DNA of 64,000 nucleotides from Plasmodiophora brassicae (Eukaryota): NCBI GenBank assembly GCA_036867785.1, contig CP145427.1, positions 372,001 to 436,000 of the forward strand, read 5' to 3'. Shown piece by piece: positions 60,785 to 64,000 of this stretch (position 1 is its first letter; each line of letters starts with the position of its first letter). The notes under the pieces were generated by a model. It saw only the letters and a program-made list of their open reading frames with translations, ran no database searches and was not told where the DNA came from. The position numbers and the translations under genes were made by a program.

Positions 60785-61533
60785 ATGGTATGTAGGGGCG
60801 ATGATGAAGGATCCCGCGGTGGTCTGACGGCGCCGCCCCCGCGCAGGCCAACGAGAACCTGCCGCCGGCGGTCATCGCCCAGCTCCTGAAGGAGCTGCGC
60901 GGCCTGGCCCGGGACGCCCCCGACGGGATCGCGGTCACCATGCCCGACGATAACGTGTCGACGATCCATGCCGACATCCGGGGGCCGGAGGAGACGCCGT
61001 ACCATCGCGGCGTCTTCAAGTGCAAGCTGATCCTCGGCAGCGACTACCCGGCGAACCCGCCGAAAGGTATACCGGTGCACGCGCGCGTCTCCGCCCCGTG
61101 TCCTCTGATGCGCGCGCCCCCAGCCGTGTTCGTCACCAAGATCTTCCACCCGAACGTGAACGGCGAAGGCCTGATCTGCGTCAACGCGTTGAAACGCGAC
61201 TGGCAACCGACACAGGGCATCCGGCACACGTTGTCCGTCATCCGGTGCCTGCTGATCTGCCCGAACGTCAGGCTCTCCCCACGCGCGCACGTCCCCAGAC
61301 CGGCGCGCCCGCTGACCCGTGTGTTGTACCGTTGGCAGGCGGAATCGGCGCTGAACGAGGAGGCCGGCAAGATGCTTCTGGAGAACTACGACGGGTACGC
61401 GTCGCGGGCGATGCTGTTCACCAAGATCTACGCCATGCCCGCCGAATCCTGCACGGCCGCGCTCCAGCCGGGCGGCGGCACCGGCGCCAGCAAGGCGATC
61501 CGCAAGCAGAAGCGCAGCATCAAACGCCTCTGA
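60785..61533 (+). CDS. UBE2S: Ubiquitin-conjugating enzyme E2 S
   Basis: M|ANENLPPAVI, TKIFHPNV, catalytic ICVNALKRDW, ESALNEEAGKMLLENY and C-terminal KRSIKRL. Confidence 0.95.
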
Positions 61534-61624
61534 CGGGCGTGGACGGGGGCCGCCATCAGCAGACGACTGGAGCGTATAAAGCGGGTGCGGGGGAGCAGCA
61601 GCGTTTGCCTCGTGTGGGGGCCGC

Positions 61625-62383
61625 TTATGACAGTGCCGCTCGTTTACGGTTAGCGTCGGCGAGCGCCTTGCGTCGCTCCCAGAGCTGGGTGGCCAGCAGC
61701 GTGCGGCCGGTAACGGCGAGCGCCCGCATGATGATGTCGAGGCCGTCGACATCGGCGGGGATGCCCCGGGCGTTCATGTCGGCGTACAGGTCCTCGGCGG
61801 CCTGCAGGTCCTGCCTGCCGACCAGGACCCGGAGCAGGGCGTTGTACGCCTGGCGGACGCGGGGATGCCGCCGGTCCTTCAGCGCCTCGGCGAAGAACGC
61901 GCGGCACGTGTCGACGTCGTCGCGGAACGCGCGGATCAGGTGCGCGTACGTGGTCGCGTTCGTCCGGACGCCGCGCCGGACCATCTCGTCGAACCATTCG
62001 CGACAGACGCCCGGGTCCCTCTGCCCGGACAGGCACCGAAGCAGTTCGTGGGCGTGGCAGCGCTCCAGGACGGGGTCGCCGGCGAACGCGATGACCCGCC
62101 GGCAGGCGCCCGAGTCGCCCGCGTCGGCCAGCAGGCGCAGCTGGTGCCGGACGAGGTCGACGTGCCGCCCGGCCTTCAGGTCGCGGTTATGCACCGACCA
62201 TCGCAGCAGGTGCTCGGGGCCGCGCCCGAACAGCACGTCGCCCAGCAGGCGCAGCGTCGACAGCGTCGGCGCCGGCGCGAACTCGCGCACCCGGCACGCC
62301 TGCTCGAACAGGACGTGGTCCGGCATCGTCGGCGCGGCCCGGCGCACGCCGGCCACCCACTGGCGCTGCACGAACACCTCCAT
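61625..62383 (-). CDS. Pentatricopeptide-repeat (PPR) protein
   Basis: WFDEMVRRGVRTNATTYAHLIRA and AYNALLRVL...AAEDLYADMNARGIPAD. Confidence 0.8.
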   Translation of the reverse strand: MEVFVQRQWVAGVRRAAPTMPDHVLFEQACRVREFAPAPTLSTLRLLGDVLFGRGPEHLLRWSVHNRDLKAGRHVDLVRHQLRLLADAGDSGACRRVIAFAGDPVLERCHAHELLRCLSGQRDPGVCREWFDEMVRRGVRTNATTYAHLIRAFRDDVDTCRAFFAEALKDRRHPRVRQAYNALLRVLVGRQDLQAAEDLYADMNARGIPADVDGLDIIMRALAVTGRTLLATQLWERRKALADANRKRAALS

Positions 62384-62495
62384 CGGACCCCGCCCGCCCG
62401 CCCCAGTCAGCGCTGCAAATACGGCGTCGTCCCGCCAAAAACAAAAATGACGCGGTCGGGCCCGGCACTGCACATTCGTCGGCACTTGGCCGGCG

Positions 62496-62596
62496 CACGC
62501 TCCCGGTGTGCAGTTCTGCGCCGGGCCGACTGGGGACCTGTTACGCGGTTTCTTCCGCACAGTCTGCCCGGCGCAGAACTGCACACCGGGAGCGTG
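62496..62596. repeat. Short inverted repeat/hairpin (MITE-like) in a divergent promoter
   Basis: A 31-bp perfect arm cacgctcccggtgtgcagttctgcgccgggc extends to ~37 bp with one mismatch. The spacer is about 27 nt. Confidence 0.9.
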
Positions 62597-62688
62597 TTAC
62601 ATTAGCCGGGCGCGGGGGATCGCCAGTGGGTACACACCCACCCACCCACCCAGCATCCCCGGTTCGACCCGCGAACGAACGTGTGCCG

Positions 62689-64000
62689 ATGAAGGGGGTG
62701 GCGTGCTGCGCCGTGGCGGCATGGGCGATGGCGGCGGGTTACCAGGTGGCGCACGGCTGCTTCGTTGCTGGTGGCGGCGGCGACGGGGACGTGATGTGCG
62801 CCACGCTGCGCAACGTCGCGTGCGGGCGATGGCGGGCCGGCAATACGAGCGTGGCCGTTGGGCGCGTTCCGACTGCGAACGAGGTGCTCCTGATCCCGAA
62901 TCTGGGCGGAGCGTCGCTGTCGTCGCATGTGGCGACGTGCAGCGAGCTCGGTAGGGCGATGGCCGTTGGCGGACGTCGACCGCAGCCTCAGACCGCAACG
63001 CACTGGACAGGGTGCCTGGGCATCATTGTGGCCGACACTGGCGTCGACCTTGACGTTCCGGGGCGGCTGCTGGACCAGTACTGGGAGATCGTCCCGCCGC
63101 CGCACGCTGTCGTCGCCAGTGTCCCCGTCGTCGAGGTCACTCGCCGCGTCTGGCTGCAGCTGGCGACGAAGGACGGCGGCGTCGTGACGTGGACGGGGAC
63201 CCGGTCCACAGCCTGGCACGACGTGGCGGCGTCGCGGCCGATGACGCTGTTCGGCATGCTGGCCGTGTGCTGGAGCGCGTTCAACGTCGCGCTCTGCGGC
63301 GTGAAGCTGAACGGCGTCCTGCGCGGCGCCAAGAAGCGCGGGTCAGCGCCGCTCTCCGCCCAGGTCGTCCTGGCCTGCGTCACGCTGTCGAGCGTCCTGC
63401 AGGGCGTCCACAGCGCCAACACGTACGCGGCGAATGGCACGGTCCGTTCGTCGTGCAGGTCGCTCGTCAGCCGGCGATCGATGAACGTTCGCTGTTGTGG
63501 CAGTGGGTGCCCGCCGAGGCGTCCGGCGTGCTGCTGTTCGCCCCGCTGTCGCTGCTGGACCTGGCGCTGGTCGTCATGGCGGTCAGCTGGCGCCGCGCCA
63601 TGACCTGGGGCTCGTGGCTGCCGGCGCCCGCCGAGGCGTCCCTGCAGGGCCTGATGCTGTTCGCCGCGGTGGCCTACGCGATCGCCGACGGGACCGCCGC
63701 CGTCGCCTGCGCCGTCACGTACGCGTCGTGCGCGACGCCGTCCCGCGCCCGGATCGGCGTCATGCAGGGCGCCCAGGCGGTGACAACGGCGGCCGTCGTC
63801 GCGAACGCCTGCGAGATGCTGTGGCGCCTTCAGCACCGGGGCGGCGCCGTGTAAGACCCGACCGCTGCGTTGTACGCGCGCCTCCCCCCTCTGACGACCG
63901 TTGTGCACGCCCCAGGCCCATGGCCGAGCGGGAACGGGCGCAGGCGCGCCTGCGCAACCGGGTCGTCCTGGGCATCGCCTGCCAGGTGCTCCTGCTCGGC
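62689..64000 (+). CDS. Multi-TM receptor-like protein with signal peptide and PA-like ectodomain (divergent family member, runs off window)
   Basis: Signal peptide, GCLGIIVAD...SVPVVEV ectodomain, then TM1 ending KL and further hydrophobic helices. Confidence 0.7.

Overview
This is GC-rich, gene-dense eukaryotic DNA with many short (~45-80 nt) GT-AG introns. The introns, a flagellar gene and the expanded secreted and 7TM families resemble a plasmodiophorid such as Plasmodiophora brassicae; this is inference, and no database was searched. Housekeeping genes include an ABCC transporter, SCC3/STAG, WS/DGAT, a Ctr copper transporter, SPEF2-like, a VPS9 GEF, DUS1, PLCXD, an intron-containing tRNA-Met, a fascin-like protein, CENP-S, GPR107/108, UBE2S and a PPR protein. 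Two paralogous proteins are built almost entirely from tandem cyclic-nucleotide-binding domains. A family with a signal peptide, a PA-like domain and 7 TM helices has four members plus one relic. The most notable region is a ~14 kb accessory island (39.9-54.1 kb) of signal-peptide genes carrying modules that normally act inside cells: an F-box-like plus ankyrin protein, a protein with Nup98-type GLEBS-like motifs, a C2H2 zinc-finger protein and a SKP1-like relic. These are interleaved with a hAT derivative and a transposon-derived long hairpin. All gene boundaries and splice sites were read by eye and are approximate.
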